Below the pieces are notes generated by a model. That model was not told the DNA's origin. It worked only from the letters and a program-made list of their open reading frames with translations, and searched no databases. A stretch of 63,504 nucleotides of DNA, filler included, from Octopus bimaculoides (lineage: Eukaryota): assembly GCF_001194135.2 (NCBI RefSeq). It is 7 parts of 7 records of this genome, joined end to end, with 100 filler letters (N's around TTAATTAATTAA, not from the genome) between each part and the next. Parts side by side here need not be neighbours in the genome. Positions count along the whole stretch, not along the records: positions 42,370 to 51,302 come from NC_068992.1; positions 51,403 to 55,972 come from NC_068996.1; positions 56,073 to 58,832 come from NC_068982.1; positions 58,933 to 61,223 come from NW_026309475.1; positions 61,324 to 63,504 come from NW_026388864.1; 2 more parts are not named here. One strand, 5' to 3'. The position numbers and the translations under genes were made by a program. Below, piece by piece: positions 49,582 through 62,292 of the stretch (its first letter is position 1; every line of letters begins with the position of its first letter).

Positions 49582-50586
49582 TGTTAATAACATTTGAATT
49601 GAAGTCAGTCTCTACAAATGTAATCTTTTATCAAACTCATTTATGACCTTCGAAACAGAGCACAACAGATCGATATTAAATACTTTCTTTTATAATGTGA
49701 TATATTTGTAAACAAAATTTGGTGGTGGAGAAGACAAAAAAATTAGTTAAAAGAAACAAGGTGGTAATGAGTTCTCTTCAGAAGTATTCAGTTGTACATT
49801 TCATTAATCGAATAAGTCCTGGGGTCGATTTGCTCGACTAAAGGCAGTGTTCCAGCATGGCCACAGTCAAATGACTGAAACAAGTAAAAGAGTAAAAGAG
49901 AAATCGTTTCACATGCGCAAAACGTTTCTGAAAATTCCGAAAAATTCAAAATTTATGAGGGATTATATGGGGTGGTTAAACTAGAAAACTGCATGGTGTT
50001 TATAAAGAGTTTGTTTGAAAGGAAGTTATTACATGGTACTGTTTTCCTTGAAAGTGGAAATATTGACATGAGATTAGGCCGGCAAAGTCAGCACGACTCT
50101 TGGTTTGAGATGACCCGGACGCGAAACAAGACACTGGCTCGGTGTGTCACGAATCAGGATATCCAACTCGTGACCTCCTCATAGGCTTTCAAATCGATTT
50201 GGCATAGAGTAGGCATGATGCGCCGAACGAACCGACAGACTCCCTAATAAAAATTGACTTTATTTTGTTGCTTCTGAGTGCGTATTATGAGATTTATAAA
50301 CAAATTTATGAACCAAATTATATCAGTGAGAGAGAGAGAGAGAGAGAAGCAGATTTATTAAAGAAATCAAGTTTTAATGAATATTCTGCGTTTATTACAT
50401 AGAACTTAACGAACATGTGTGCTGCCGATATGTCGCTCACTCATCTAGCATCCCTTATGCTTCTGCGCGCGCGTATATATATCCATATAATCGGCAGAAG
50501 TTATAGTGACTCAAGGGCCCGTAGTTTCGTCATTGGCACTTATCAAGAATTTGATTAAGTACCAATGTACGTAACTGCCGGCCCCG

Positions 50587-50750
50587 AAGGCGGCGATCTG
50601 GCAGAATCGTTAGCACGCCGGGCGAAATGCTTAGAGGTATTTCATTTGTCTTTACGTTCTGAGTTCAAGTTCCGCCGAGGTCGACTTTACCTTTCATCCT
50701 TTCAGGGTAGATAAAACAAGCACCAGTTGAACAGTGGAGTCGATGTAATT
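50587..50750 (+). mobile_element. SINE-like family B
   Basis: AAGGCGGCGATCTGGCAGAATCGTTAGCACGCCGGGCGAAATGCTTAG...CCGCCGAGGTCGACTTTAC. Confidence 0.85.
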
Positions 50751-50754
50751 ACCC

Positions 50755-51217
50755 TGTAGTGAAACCTCTCTCTCTCTCGGGCATTCAATCATAGATGATA
50801 ACGAAGCTGCTAACATCTAGCCTTCGGTTGCCTTGAAGCCTTCTGTCCATCATCCTGATTGGTTCTTATTTTGCGCGGCAATTGTCCCCATTTTCTGCTT
50901 GCTAAGGGGGAATTACATCCAATCGACAGCTTCAGATAAAGTCACGTGATAGAGAGTTTTACTGGGTTTCAGGTCTGGTCGTTGACCACACACATACAGA
51001 ACACAGCTACAGCCAGTTCCAGCGCCGACGTCTACACCACCAATGCATTGTCTACCATTGCCGTCGCCAGCAACACCAACAAGCTCGGTTTTATCTTCGC
51101 TGTATGAGTGGAGTTTCCACTCACGAACAACAGTCAGAACTAACCAGCTAGAATACACTATACCAGGTAACACAGGTCCCAGCGTTCGACGCTCAACACA
51201 CATAGTGTGATACTACA
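50755..51217. mobile_element. Possible solo LTR (TGTAGT...ACTACA)
   Basis: 6-bp terminal inverted repeat with TG...CA ends bounding a 463-bp non-repetitive block. No matching TSD is seen. Confidence 0.3.
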
Positions 51218-51402
51218 GCTCTGCTCCTTGACCACAACTTCCTGCGTATGAACATTCTATCTCCTTGTGTAACTCTAATACGAACTGGTATTTCTCTATC
51301 TCNNNNNNNNNNNNNNNNNNNNNNNNNNNNNNNNNNNNNNNNNNNNTTAATTAATTAANNNNNNNNNNNNNNNNNNNNNNNNNNNNNNNNNNNNNNNNNN
51401 NN

Positions 51403-51479
<77 letters not shown>

Positions 51480-51965
51480 ATGTGGTAGGGTGTTTGTATA
51501 AATATATAAAATGAATAAAATTTGAAAAATAGAAACTAAAACATTAAAAAGTGAGTTGCTGCGTGAGTGACAAGGTGAGGGAGAATGTTTGTTATGATAA
51601 ATCAACAAATCGTAGTACTTGTATATGATCGAAACGATATCGTTGTAATTGAAATTAATCATTGTCAACTGTGTTGATACTGTTATAATCCGAGCAGTTT
51701 TTACATCTTGATCAGATAAAAAAAACAAAACGTGATGAACAGACGCACAATATGGTGTTGTTATAGTTGTGGTGGTGTTTATATTAGTTATTGTTTTTCG
51801 TTGAGATTTTTTCTTGTCATATGGGCGAGGAGCAAATTGGTGCGCATGTATAAAAATAGAGTAGGAACACACTTTTGTGTTTGAATAACATAATAGAAAC
51901 ATACACGCTGTGTTTTAAGAAACTCACTTGCGATTTTTACTAAATGGTTTATAAACACGAATGCT

Positions 51966-52118
51966 AGGCGCAGGTGTGGCTGTATGGTAGTAAGTTTAGT
52001 CCTCAACCCCATAACTCCTGGTTCAGTCCCACTTAGGCAAGTGCCTTCTACTAAAGCTGCGGGCGGACCAAAGCATTGATGGTAGGTTTGGTAAGGTAGA
52101 GACACTGAAAGAAGCTCC
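51966..52118 (+). mobile_element. SINE family A head
   Basis: AGGCGCAGGTGTGGCTGTATGGTAGTAAG...GGTTCAGTCCCAC..AGGCAAGTGCCTTCTACTA. Confidence 0.8.
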
Positions 52119-52165
52119 GCTATATATATATATAAAGCAAATGAAATCGATACAAATTTGCAGAC

Positions 52166-52706
52166 TGGCACCCATGCCAACTTCTCCTTCATTGGACACT
52201 AAACTCGGCTTGCGAAGACCTGTTGGGTCAAGTGAAATCGAAATCGTGATTGAACCAAATTCGATGACTGGCACCTGTGTCAGTGGAGCGCTAAGAGCAC
52301 CGTCCGAGCGTGATCATTGCCAGAGCAGCTGTTTGGCTTCCGTGCCAGTGGCATGTAAATAGCACCATTTGAGCGTGAGCGTGATCGTTACCAGCGTCGC
52401 CTTACTGGCACTTGTGCCGGTGGCACGTGAAAAACATTCGAGCAAGGTCGTACTGGCTCCTGTGCAGGTGGCACATAAAAAACACCATTTTTAAGTGTGG
52501 CCGTTGCCAGTACTGTGTGACTGGCCTTCGTGCTGGTGGCACGTAAAAGCACCCACTACACTCTCAGAGTGGTTGGCATTAGGAAGGGCATCCAGCTGTA
52601 GAAACTCTGCCAAATCAGATTGGAGCCTGGTGTTGCCATCCGGTTTCACCAGTCCTCAGTCAAATCGTCCAACCCATGCTAGCATGGAAAGTGGACGTTA
52701 AATGAC

Positions 52707-52738
<32 letters not shown>

Positions 52739-52770
52739 GGATGATGATGATGATGAAGATGATGATGATA
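52166..52770 (+). mobile_element. SINE-like family D, longest copy, with long (GAT)n tail
   Basis: Four to five GTGGCACGTAAA-type units, GAGTGGTTGGCATTAGGAAGGGCATCCAG, and GGAAAGTGGACGTTAAATGACGAT(GAT)n. Confidence 0.85.
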
Positions 52771-53600
52771 TATTAGATCATCTCATTAATAATATCCGGA
52801 CTTTAAATAAGGAAAACAAGCTATCAAATCTTTTTGTAGCTCCATTAGCGAAAAACGCTTTCGATTTCGTAGAGAACTGTAGAAGGTCAGTTCGACTTCC
52901 TCAGTTGTTTCTAGAGTTAATCCATCCAACTGATTCTGTAAACTACGGAACAGATGGTAATCTGGAAAATCAAGGGCTAGGGAATATGGCGGATGAGTAA
53001 TTTTCTCGATCTTCTGTGAAGTGATCTTTGCTGAGTGAGGTCTTGATTTGTCCTCATGAAACACCACTCTCTCGATTCACTAAAGCAGGCCATTTTTTTC
53101 TTCAAAGCAGTGTTCAAACGTTCTAATTGCTGACAGTAGACTTGAGCATTGATTGTTGCATTAGTTGGTATCATATCAAAGTGGATGACTCTTTCGCAAT
53201 CCTACCAAACAGAGAAGAACCTTCTTCATATGGAGTTCCTGTTTCGGTTATTGTTGGGCTTTTTCCCCTTCACCAAGCCAATGTCTACAACGCTTAACAT
53301 TTTAATAAAAGACCCATTTTTCATCATCGGTCACCAGTCTGTTCAAAAAGGACGAGATGAGTTCACGAGAATGAAGCGAAGAGCAGATGTCCACCTGAGA
53401 TTTGAGACTGGCTTCAGACAAATTTGAGACACAAATTTTCCGAGTTTTGGGACCTTTCCAAGCTGTTGAATATGGCGGTCAACAGTTGTTTTGCTAAAAC
53501 TAACACCTAAAGTTCTGGTACACAGAAATACGTTATTATGACGACTTATCTGTTGCATACAATTTTTTTTTCACTTCAAGTAAATTCCCAGGTAAACGTT
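52771..53600 (-). mobile_element. Mariner (Tc1/mariner) transposase pseudogene with one TIR, 5' truncated
   Basis: - strand fragments: TVDRHIQQLG; LNRLVTDDEKWVFY; ELHMKKVLLC; TINAQVYCQQLERL; FHEDKSRPH (HDNARPH-like); HPPYSLALDFPDYHLFRSLQN (YSPDLAPSDY-like). A TIR-like end TA|TTAGATCATCTCATTAATAAT is at 52771. Confidence 0.9.
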
Positions 53601-53899
53601 TTTAATAGAAAAGTAGAAGACACCAAAAGCAAAGATAAGGAATATACACGCACAGTTAAGTATAGAAGTGTAAAGTATAATTTGTTACATAATCTCTATA
53701 ATAAATACGATATTGAATGGAATAAGTCCCCGTTTGAACTTTTTTAATTACGTGTGTGGTGGGTGGGGGTAGAAATCTACGGATGCACAAACGCACAAAG
53801 CGGAGAAAATAAGACAAATATGGACGACTTCTTCTGAAACACCCCCGAGTGGGGGCACTGTTCTTAAATGTAACCCCCAATTGTTATCCTCCAAAATTC

Positions 53900-54135
53900 C
53901 TTTATCCTCGGAATCTACATAGTCCGATGTATATTTGTAGATCATTTTATTTTTAAAAAATATCTATTTTCCTGAAAGTTAACATGAATGAAGTAGACTC
54001 CGGTGAATTTTCAGAAATCCCCCCCCCCAAAAAAAAAACACTTCCCCCAAAATTTTCTATATCCGGAATCTACATGATATAACATATATTCGTAGAAAAT
54101 TCATTAAAAAATATCTATTTTTCTGAAAGTTATAA
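53900..54135. repeat. Two ~77-bp direct repeats (about 53906-53980 and 54058-54133) upstream of the Helitron ORF
   Basis: Shared CGGAATCTACAT, ATATT.GTAGA and AAAAAATATCTATTTT.CTGAAAGTTA. Confidence 0.8.
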
Positions 54136-54183
54136 TCATCCAAAGTCGGTGGGGGTGGGGCAGAAACCTGTAGTTACACCAAT

Positions 54184-55807
54184 TTGTCTACAATATCAAG
54201 GTCAGCCAAAAGAATATCTCTGTCCAAGGAAAGAGAGACAACTGCAGAAAGGGAAGCATACCAAGAAACGAACAGACTGTGCACTACAAAAGCCAGAGCA
54301 TCTCAAAGTGATAAACAGTGGTATGCACGGCTGACAAAGAATAGGATCTCCACTGCAGAACAAAGAGCAGTAGCAACAGCTCAGAGAAGCAACTTCTCTG
54401 AAGCAGCTTTCAATTATGATCCAGCAGTTCATTATGCAGATGACACTAGAGATGTCATTGGTGTAATGACAAGTGAGTGTATACATTGTAAAGCAAAGAA
54501 GTAGTCTGGAAAGACACCTGCACTGTGTTGCAGTGGTGGAAAGGTTAAACTCTCTGCAATCCCCCAACCTCCAGAGCCATTGAAGAAACTGTTGTCATCA
54601 ACTGACCAAGATTCCAAGCACTTTGAAGACAAAATTAGACAGTACAATAGATGGATGACATCATTAGGAGCCACAAGAGATATAACTGAGCCAGGATTCA
54701 TGCAAACTTTCAAGATCCAAAGTAAGATTTATCATCAAATTGACTCTCTACTACCTCTGTCAAATGAATCACAAAAATTCCTCCAAATATACTTTATGGG
54801 TGATTCTCAACAAGAAGGGCAACAATGGTGCCAGAATATTTCCGGCGTCAGGATGAACATTGTAGCGTCTCTGCAAAAGATGCTGCATAACAACAACATC
54901 CTGATCAGAAGCTTCAAGACTGCACTTAAAACAATTCTACCTGACTCCATGGATTACAAGGTAGTTATCAGATCAGACAAAAAAACCATCTGGTTAACAT
55001 GGAGGGAGGTTTGATGCGCCAACAGCAAATAGCTGTGCTTTTGTTTGGGCAAGAACGTGACAAGCGTAACATTGTCCTCCATCTCATAGACAACACACTG
55101 GCAGACACAGTCCAACTACAAATGGAAGCTCTCAAAAATACTACACTCCCAGAATTCTTCAAGCTCTGTCAAAATGATGAATTTGCTACAAGACTGCTAT
55201 ACAATGAAGTTCCACAACTCTATACCTGGTACCGAAACAAATGGAAACGACGAGCACTTAGAGCACCTACACATCATACAGGAATCAAGAAATCAGACAT
55301 TCTTGGCAGAGTTTATGTTGTTCATCCCAACTACTCAGGATGCTACTATCTAAGGCTTCTATTACTCCATGTCAAGGGACTCACACCATTTACAGCCTTA
55401 TGTATGGTTGATAACACGGTATGTCAAACATATCACTGTCTCAGAGGTCTTCTCGAAGATGATGCACAATGGGATGTCCCTCTGACAGAGGCACAAATGT
55501 TCAAGTCTCCTATGCAGCTGAGAAACCTCTTCTCCATCATACCAAGGATACTTCTCATTTCAAATGATCTCCACTTTCAGTTCAAGTGACTGCAGTTTCC
55601 TGTCAAACCAAGCTTTGAAATATCTATCAACAAAGCATAAGGTCAATCTCTAAAGGTGGTGAGACTTAATCTCCTTCAACCTTGCTTCTCACATGGTCAG
55701 CTGTATGTTGGATGTTCTAGAGCTGGGGATGAAAAGAACCTCTACATTCTCAATGATAAACATGGGAAGGCAGAAAACACAGTATATGAAGAAGCACTTA
55801 TATGAAT
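54184..55807 (+). mobile_element. Internally deleted Helitron RepHel pseudogene
   Basis: N-terminal ETTAEREAYQE-type repeats; MTSECIHCKAKK*...LCCSGGKVKL; IRQYN..MTSLG; FKIQSKIYHQI; TLPEFFKLC; LGRVYVVHP..YYLRLLL; GLLEDDAQW; QFPVKPSFEISINKA*GQSL; PCFSHGQLYVGCSR; NTVYEEAL. It has stops and frameshifts. Confidence 0.92.
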
Positions 55808-55929
55808 AGCAGGTCCATGTCATATACAGAAGTGTAGAACCATTGAGTGTTGAAGTATTACTATGACACTTTCACTTTTCGACTGACATGCGTAAATGAA
55901 CAATAACGTGATATATCCGCTGTCTGTTT

Positions 55930-55972
<43 letters not shown>

Positions 55973-56079
55973 NNNNNNNNNNNNNNNNNNNNNNNNNNNN
56001 NNNNNNNNNNNNNNNNTTAATTAATTAANNNNNNNNNNNNNNNNNNNNNNNNNNNNNNNNNNNNNNNNNNNNTACCATA

Positions 56080-56457
56080 TATACATATGCATACATACAC
56101 ATGTATAGGGTATATATAAACTTCTATCTATCACACACATATATATATACATATATATACATATACATTTATACATATATACATATAAACTTATATAGGT
56201 ATATACATGTATATATGTATATATATATATATATGCACGCATATTCATATACCTATATATGTATATACACACATGCATGCATACATATGTACATTCATAA
56301 ATGCATGTGTGTGTACGTACATAAATATGTATATGTATATAGATACATACATTTGTATATATGCCTATACATACGTGTGCATGTATACATGCAAACACAC
56401 AGACACACATCCACACGCGCGCACACACACACTCACACACACACTCACACACACACG

Positions 56458-56490
<33 letters not shown>
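56080..56490. repeat. Compound (TA)/(CA)/(TACA) microsatellite
   Basis: Directly visible. Confidence 0.95.
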
Positions 56491-56491
<1 letters not shown>

Positions 56492-57449
56492 TACACAAAT
56501 ATAAAGTTATTATTATTACTACTAGATACCTTAGGAACAAACGTATTTCGTTTGAGTTGAAAGACTGACTGGAGCTGTTAATTGCAGGAGGATTGCTTGT
56601 TCATTGAATAATAAACGATAGATATTTAGATTTGTAGAGAAGACTTGTAGATGAGACTTGTAGTGAAGACTTGTTTAGAAGTTACGTTGTCGAAGTAAAA
56701 AATGAAACGAGCGTCTATATACNNNNNNNNNNNNNNNNNNNNNNNNNNNNNNNNNNNNNNNNNNNNNNNNNNNNNNNNNNNNNNNNNNNNNNNNNNNNNN
56801 NNNNNNNNNNNNNNNNNNNNNNNNNNNNNNNNNNNNNNNNNNNNNNNNNNNNNNNNNNNNNNNNNNNNNNNNNNNNNNNNNNNNNNNNNNNNNNNNNNNN
56901 NNNNNNNNNNNNNNNNNNNNNNNNNNNNNNNNNNNNNNNNNNNNNNNNNNNNNNNNNNNNNNNNNNNNNNNNNNNNNNNNNNNNNNNNNNNNNNNNNNNN
57001 NNNNNNNNNNNNNNNNNNNNNNNNNNNNNNNNNNNNNNNNNNNNNNNNNNNNNNNNNNNNNNNNNNNNNNNNNNNNNNNNNNNNNNNNNNNNNNNNNNNN
57101 NNNNNNNNNNNNNNNNNNNNNNNNNNNNNNNNNNNNNNNNNNNNNNNNNNNNNNNNNNNNNNNNNNNNNNNNNNNNNNNNNNNNNNNNNNNNNNNNNNNN
57201 NNNNNNNNNNNNNNNNNNNNNNNNNNNNNNNNNNNNNNTCCCTCCTTAATTCTTTTGACCCTCTACCTCTTTCTCCTCTCTTCCCACGTGACCGGCGTTC
57301 GGCCAAGACTGACCTTTATTTCTTGGTCGGCCGTTGTGCGTGCAACATCGATATTCCTCCCTGTGCTTGTGAAATCTCGTATCCCTGCCGTAAAGCTTTA
57401 TTTCCACACACGCCAGCTTAATTTAATTCGTCCTTAGTCGAAAGACAGC

Positions 57450-57767
57450 TGTTGTTATGTCTTGTTATTATTTTTATTGTATTTGTGTAACATTGTTCGT
57501 TTTTTTCCGTCCTTGTTTTCTTATACATTCGCTGCTTTTTTCCAAGGAATCTAATGCTCTTAGCTTAGTTTTTACCTGGGGCTTGCCAGATTGGAGCAAT
57601 ATCGCGTATAACCAGCCGAAATTGCAAAGATAATCTGGATCTCGACCGATGAAAGAAAACTCCGAATGACCTATCCGTGTTTTCTTTGTATCGTCTATCT
57701 GGATGTTTTGTTGTCCCTTTCTTGTATCACCTGTCTGGATGTTTTGCGTTCTTGTCCCATTTTGTAT

Positions 57768-57770
<3 letters not shown>
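57450..57770 (+). mobile_element. Retroelement terminal-repeat-like fragment (possibly Penelope-type) with an internal ~36-bp duplication
   Basis: T-rich text ending in TTGTATC..CT.TCTGGATGTTTTG x2 and then (TA)n. Family is assigned by resemblance only. Confidence 0.3.
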
Positions 57771-57800
<30 letters not shown>

Positions 57801-57852
57801 GCATGTACGTATGTATTACATGCATACATACTACATACACACATATGTGTAT

Positions 57853-57890
<38 letters not shown>

Positions 57891-58149
57891 ATCGTTGGTA
57901 TTATGTTAAACTGTCGTATGTCCAAATTTGGCTAAGTGCGTATTTTTTTTCAATATCTATTCTTGCGGTCAAGCTATTTGTATCTCCAGCTGCTTCAGAT
58001 GCCAAGATATCAAAAATTGCCAAAGTGTAGTACAACAGTTTTGCTATGGAATGGTGAAAGTATTTTTTTCGTTTTCTGTAAAAGCAACGTTTTGGACTTA
58101 CAACACTTTTGCATAATAGCGACGATATATATTACGTACGCATACAAAT

Positions 58150-58620
58150 ATGGGTTTATACACACATATACATACGCGCGCGCGCACACACACATGCACA
58201 CACACATACATACATACATACATATATACATACATCCAAACATACGCGTATACATACACACATACCTACAGACATGCACACACACACACATGCATACATA
58301 CATACATACATACATACACGCACACACGCACGCACGTACGCGCACATACATACATACACGCACACACGCACGCACGCACGCGCGCGCACACACAAACATG
58401 CACACACACATACATACATACATACATACATACATACATACATACGCGTATACATATACACATACCTACAGACATTCACACACACATGCATACATACATA
58501 CATGCACACATACATACATACATACATACATACATGCACACACGCATGCACGCACATACACACACACACAGACACAGACACAGACACACTCTTACACACA
58601 CACACACACACGCACACATG
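58150..58620. repeat. Compound (CA)/(TACA)/(CACG) microsatellite with an internal duplicated block CATACGCGTATACAT..ACACATACCTACAGACAT
   Basis: Directly visible. Confidence 0.95.
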
Positions 58621-58932
58621 ATTGAACGACCACGATTCTATCCATGGTGGAAATGATGTCCCGGAAGTAGCATGTGTAAATTTCGTCAAAGACGTCCTGA
58701 AGTTTGAAGTAAAATTTATTCCTTACTCTTCCCAGTGAATTTAGCAACAGACGGCACAGCTGAAATACCAAAATACTCCTTAAATTTTTGCGTGAAAGCT
58801 TTATTTTATTATTTTATTTTTGTTATATTTTANNNNNNNNNNNNNNNNNNNNNNNNNNNNNNNNNNNNNNNNNNNNTTAATTAATTAANNNNNNNNNNNN
58901 NNNNNNNNNNNNNNNNNNNNNNNNNNNNNNNN

Positions 58933-58967
<35 letters not shown>

Positions 58968-58973
<6 letters not shown>

Positions 58974-59087
58974 CTGCCAAATCAGATTGGAGCCTGGTGT
59001 AGCCATCCGGTTCACCAGTCCTCAGTCAAATCGTCCAACCCATGCTAGCATGGAAAGCGGATGTTAAACGACGACGATGACGATGAT
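58968..59087 (+). mobile_element. SINE-like family D 3' end
   Basis: GCCAAATCAGATTGGAGCCTGGTGTAGCC...CCAACCCATGCTAGCATGGAAAGCGGATGTTAAACGAC(GAT). Confidence 0.85.
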
Positions 59088-59439
59088 ATATATCTCAGCC
59101 ACAACCATCTGCTTAAAACCCGCAAACACCCACTGCAAGTCCTTCCAGTATCCTCTCAACATCCCTTGCTTTCCCTAAATATCTCCTCTCACTACTCTGT
59201 GCTACTCATACCCCACCCCAACCACACTATTCCTTCACCCTGTCTCTCTTTTGATTGTATCTTTCCTTTCTCCCCCACCACCTCCCTCCACAGGAATAGC
59301 CCAGTGTCTCCTCTGTAGTAAGACAGCTATCCCTGACCCTCGACCATACTCCAGCCTCTTACCCGGCACATGACCCCCTTCTCTTGGTTCCTCTCCCTCT
59401 CCCAGCTGCGAGGTCCATATTTTGCAAACCACTTGGTCT

Positions 59440-59650
59440 GGTGCCACGTAAAAAAAGCATCTGTACCAGTGTCCCATAGGAAGCACCCAGTACATGCTGT
59501 AGAGTGGTTGGCATTAGGAAGGGCATCCAGCCATACGGACCCTGCCAAAACAGACCACTGTGGCCAGGTGCAGCTCTCCAGCTTGCTAGCTCCTGCCAAA
59601 CTGTCCAACTCATGCCAACATGGAAAGTGGATATTAAATGATGATGATGA
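59440..59650 (+). mobile_element. SINE-like family D variant
   Basis: GAGTGGTTGGCATTAGGAAGGGCATCCAGCC...CCAACTCATGCCAACATGGAAAGTGGATATTAAAT(GAT)n. Confidence 0.75.
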
Positions 59651-59656
59651 TAAATA

Positions 59657-59694
<38 letters not shown>

Positions 59695-59790
59695 TACCTA
59701 CACAAGTAAACATATATATTTATATTCAACTTTAACGATGAAAGCAAACAAACAAAGTTTGTTCTTTTTTAGAAGCGTTGAGATGTATTG

Positions 59791-60059
59791 TAAGAAACAG
59801 AAATAAATTTATTTCTCAAACACGTGATAATGCTCTTTTAATAGCGTGATGAGGATAAATTATCCACATAATGCAGAAAAATACGTTGCCGGCCAGCCAT
59901 GAGACTGGTAAAACACTTGACATGTGATCACAGAGATGTGAGTTCATGCCTCATGGCTGGCCGGCAACGTATTTTTCTGCATTAAATGGATAATTTATCC
60001 TGGTCACGCTATTTATAGCATTATCATGTGTTTGAGAAATAAATTTATTTCTGTTCTTA
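59791..60059. mobile_element. Foldback/MITE element: ~110-bp inverted arms (59791-59903 / 59950-60059) around a 46-bp spacer, with TA ends
   Basis: ATGCAGAAAAATACGTTGCCGGCCAGCCATGAG / CTCATGGCTGGCCGGCAACGTATTTTTCTGCAT is a perfect match. Outer CAGAAATAAATTTATTTCTCAAACAC / GTGTTTGAGAAATAAATTTATTTCTG is also perfect. Confidence 0.9.
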
Positions 60060-60323
60060 TATATATTTATATACATGGAACACATTCTTTTCAAAATTTC
60101 GCGGCACACCTGGACTAAAAATAAAACTAAAAGTATAAGGAAAAATTATATTCAGGTTACACTGTGGCAAACCTAGTGTGGTCTCATGGCACCCCAGTGT
60201 GCCGCGGCATACTGGTTTTGGAGCACTGCCCTGTTTTCAATTATTTTTCTCTCCTTGTTTGTGTATTTAACTCGCTTGTTTTCGTATTTCATGTTGTTTA
60301 CAGTTGGTGACATCCTGTACGCT

Positions 60324-60359
<36 letters not shown>

Positions 60360-60365
60360 TATATG

Positions 60366-60842
<477 letters not shown>

Positions 60843-60959
60843 ATACATACACACATACATATATGACAGGCTTCTTTCAGTTTCCGTCACCAAATCCACT
60901 CACAAGGCTTTCGTCAGCCTGAGGTGTCACGCATTGGAACTAAACCCAGAACCATGTAC

Positions 60960-61191
60960 ACCATTTCGAGCGTGGCCGTTGCCAGTACCGCCTGACAGGC
61001 CTTCGTGCAGGTGGCACGTAAAAACACCCACTACATACACTCTCGGAGTGGTTGGCGTTAGGAAGGGCATCCAGCTGTAGAAACTCTACCAAATTAGATT
61101 GGAGCCTGGTGCAGCCATCTGGTTCACCAGTCCTCAGTCAAAACGTCCAACCCATGCTAGCATGAAAAGCGGACGTTAAACGATGATGATG

Positions 61192-61195
<4 letters not shown>
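60960..61195 (+). mobile_element. SINE-like family D, inserted after a truncated - strand family A head (about 60863-60955)
   Basis: GGTGGCACGTAAAAACACCCACTAC...AGGAAGGGCATCCAGCTGTAGAAACTC...GGACGTTAAAC(GAT)n. Confidence 0.85.
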
Positions 61196-61223
<28 letters not shown>

Positions 61224-61663
61224 NNNNNNNNNNNNNNNNNNNNNNNNNNNNNNNNNNNNNNNNNNNNTTAATTAATTAANNNNNNNNNNNNNNNNNNNNN
61301 NNNNNNNNNNNNNNNNNNNNNNNGCTCAAAACATCAAAGCCTTTTCCATTCTTCCTGAGTATTAAATTAATACATCTCCTTGTTGCCTCACCTATCTTTG
61401 TCTTTTGTTTTTTGTAAATTTGAACTACATATATATATATATACACACACACATGCACATATTTACCTGTTTGTGTGTGTGAGTGTGTATTCTCAACCAC
61501 ATGGTCTTGAGTTCAATTCTACTCCATAGTACCATGAGTAAATATCTTCGACTATAGCCCTGGGCCAACCTTATGATTAGATTTGATAGACAGATACCAA
61601 ATCTAATCATAAGGTTTGGGCCATGGCTATGGTAGAAACTGAAAAAAGAAATCCTTGTTCAAA

Positions 61664-61720
<57 letters not shown>

Positions 61721-61814
61721 CCTTGTCTTTGACACTGTGGTTGTTAATGAGCATCACCATCACACAAGTGATGTTCAGTATTTCCAGAGTTCCATAATAA
61801 ACATAAAATATTAT

Positions 61815-61935
61815 GTCGCTTGAACCAGGTGAGGGTTAACAACAGGAAGGACATTCAGCCATAGAAAATCTGCCTCAACAGATTCCATCTTACCCATGCA
61901 AGCATGGAAAAGTGGACATTAAATGATGATAATGG
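61815..61935 (+). mobile_element. Degenerate family D-related 3' end
   Basis: AGGAAGGACATTCAGCCATAGAAAATCTGCC...CCCATGCAAGCATGGAAAAGTGGACATTAAATGATGAT. Confidence 0.6.
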
Positions 61936-61949
61936 CATACATATATATA

Positions 61950-62292
61950 TCATCATCATCATCATCATCATCGTTTAACGTCCGCTTTCCATGCTAGCAT
62001 GGGTTGGACGATTTGACTGAGGACTGGTGAACCAGATGGCTACACCAGGCTCCAATCTGATTTGGCAGAGTTTCTACAGCTGGATGCCCTTCCTAACGCC
62101 AACCACTCCGAGAGTGTAGTGGGTGCTTTTACGTGCCACTGACACGAAGGCCAGTCAGGCGGTACTGGCAACTGCCACGCTCGAAATGGTGTATTTTACG
62201 TGCCACCTGCACAGGAGCCAGTCCAGCGGCACTGGCAGCAATCTCGCTCGAATGTCTTTACACGTGCCACTGGCACAAGTGCCAGGAAGGCG
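61950..62292 (-). mobile_element. SINE-like family D, tail-to-tail with the preceding copy
   Basis: (CAT)n CGTTTAACGTCCGCTTTCCATGCTAGCATGGGTTGG...GGATGCCCTTCCTAACGCCAACCAC...TTTTACGTGCCAC x3. Confidence 0.9.

Noticed and set aside
57640-57675. CCGATGA-A-AGA(AAAC)TCC-GAATGACC, hammerhead-like layout
   Set aside because: The core, stem II and GAAA/NUH are all imperfect; too degenerate to support.
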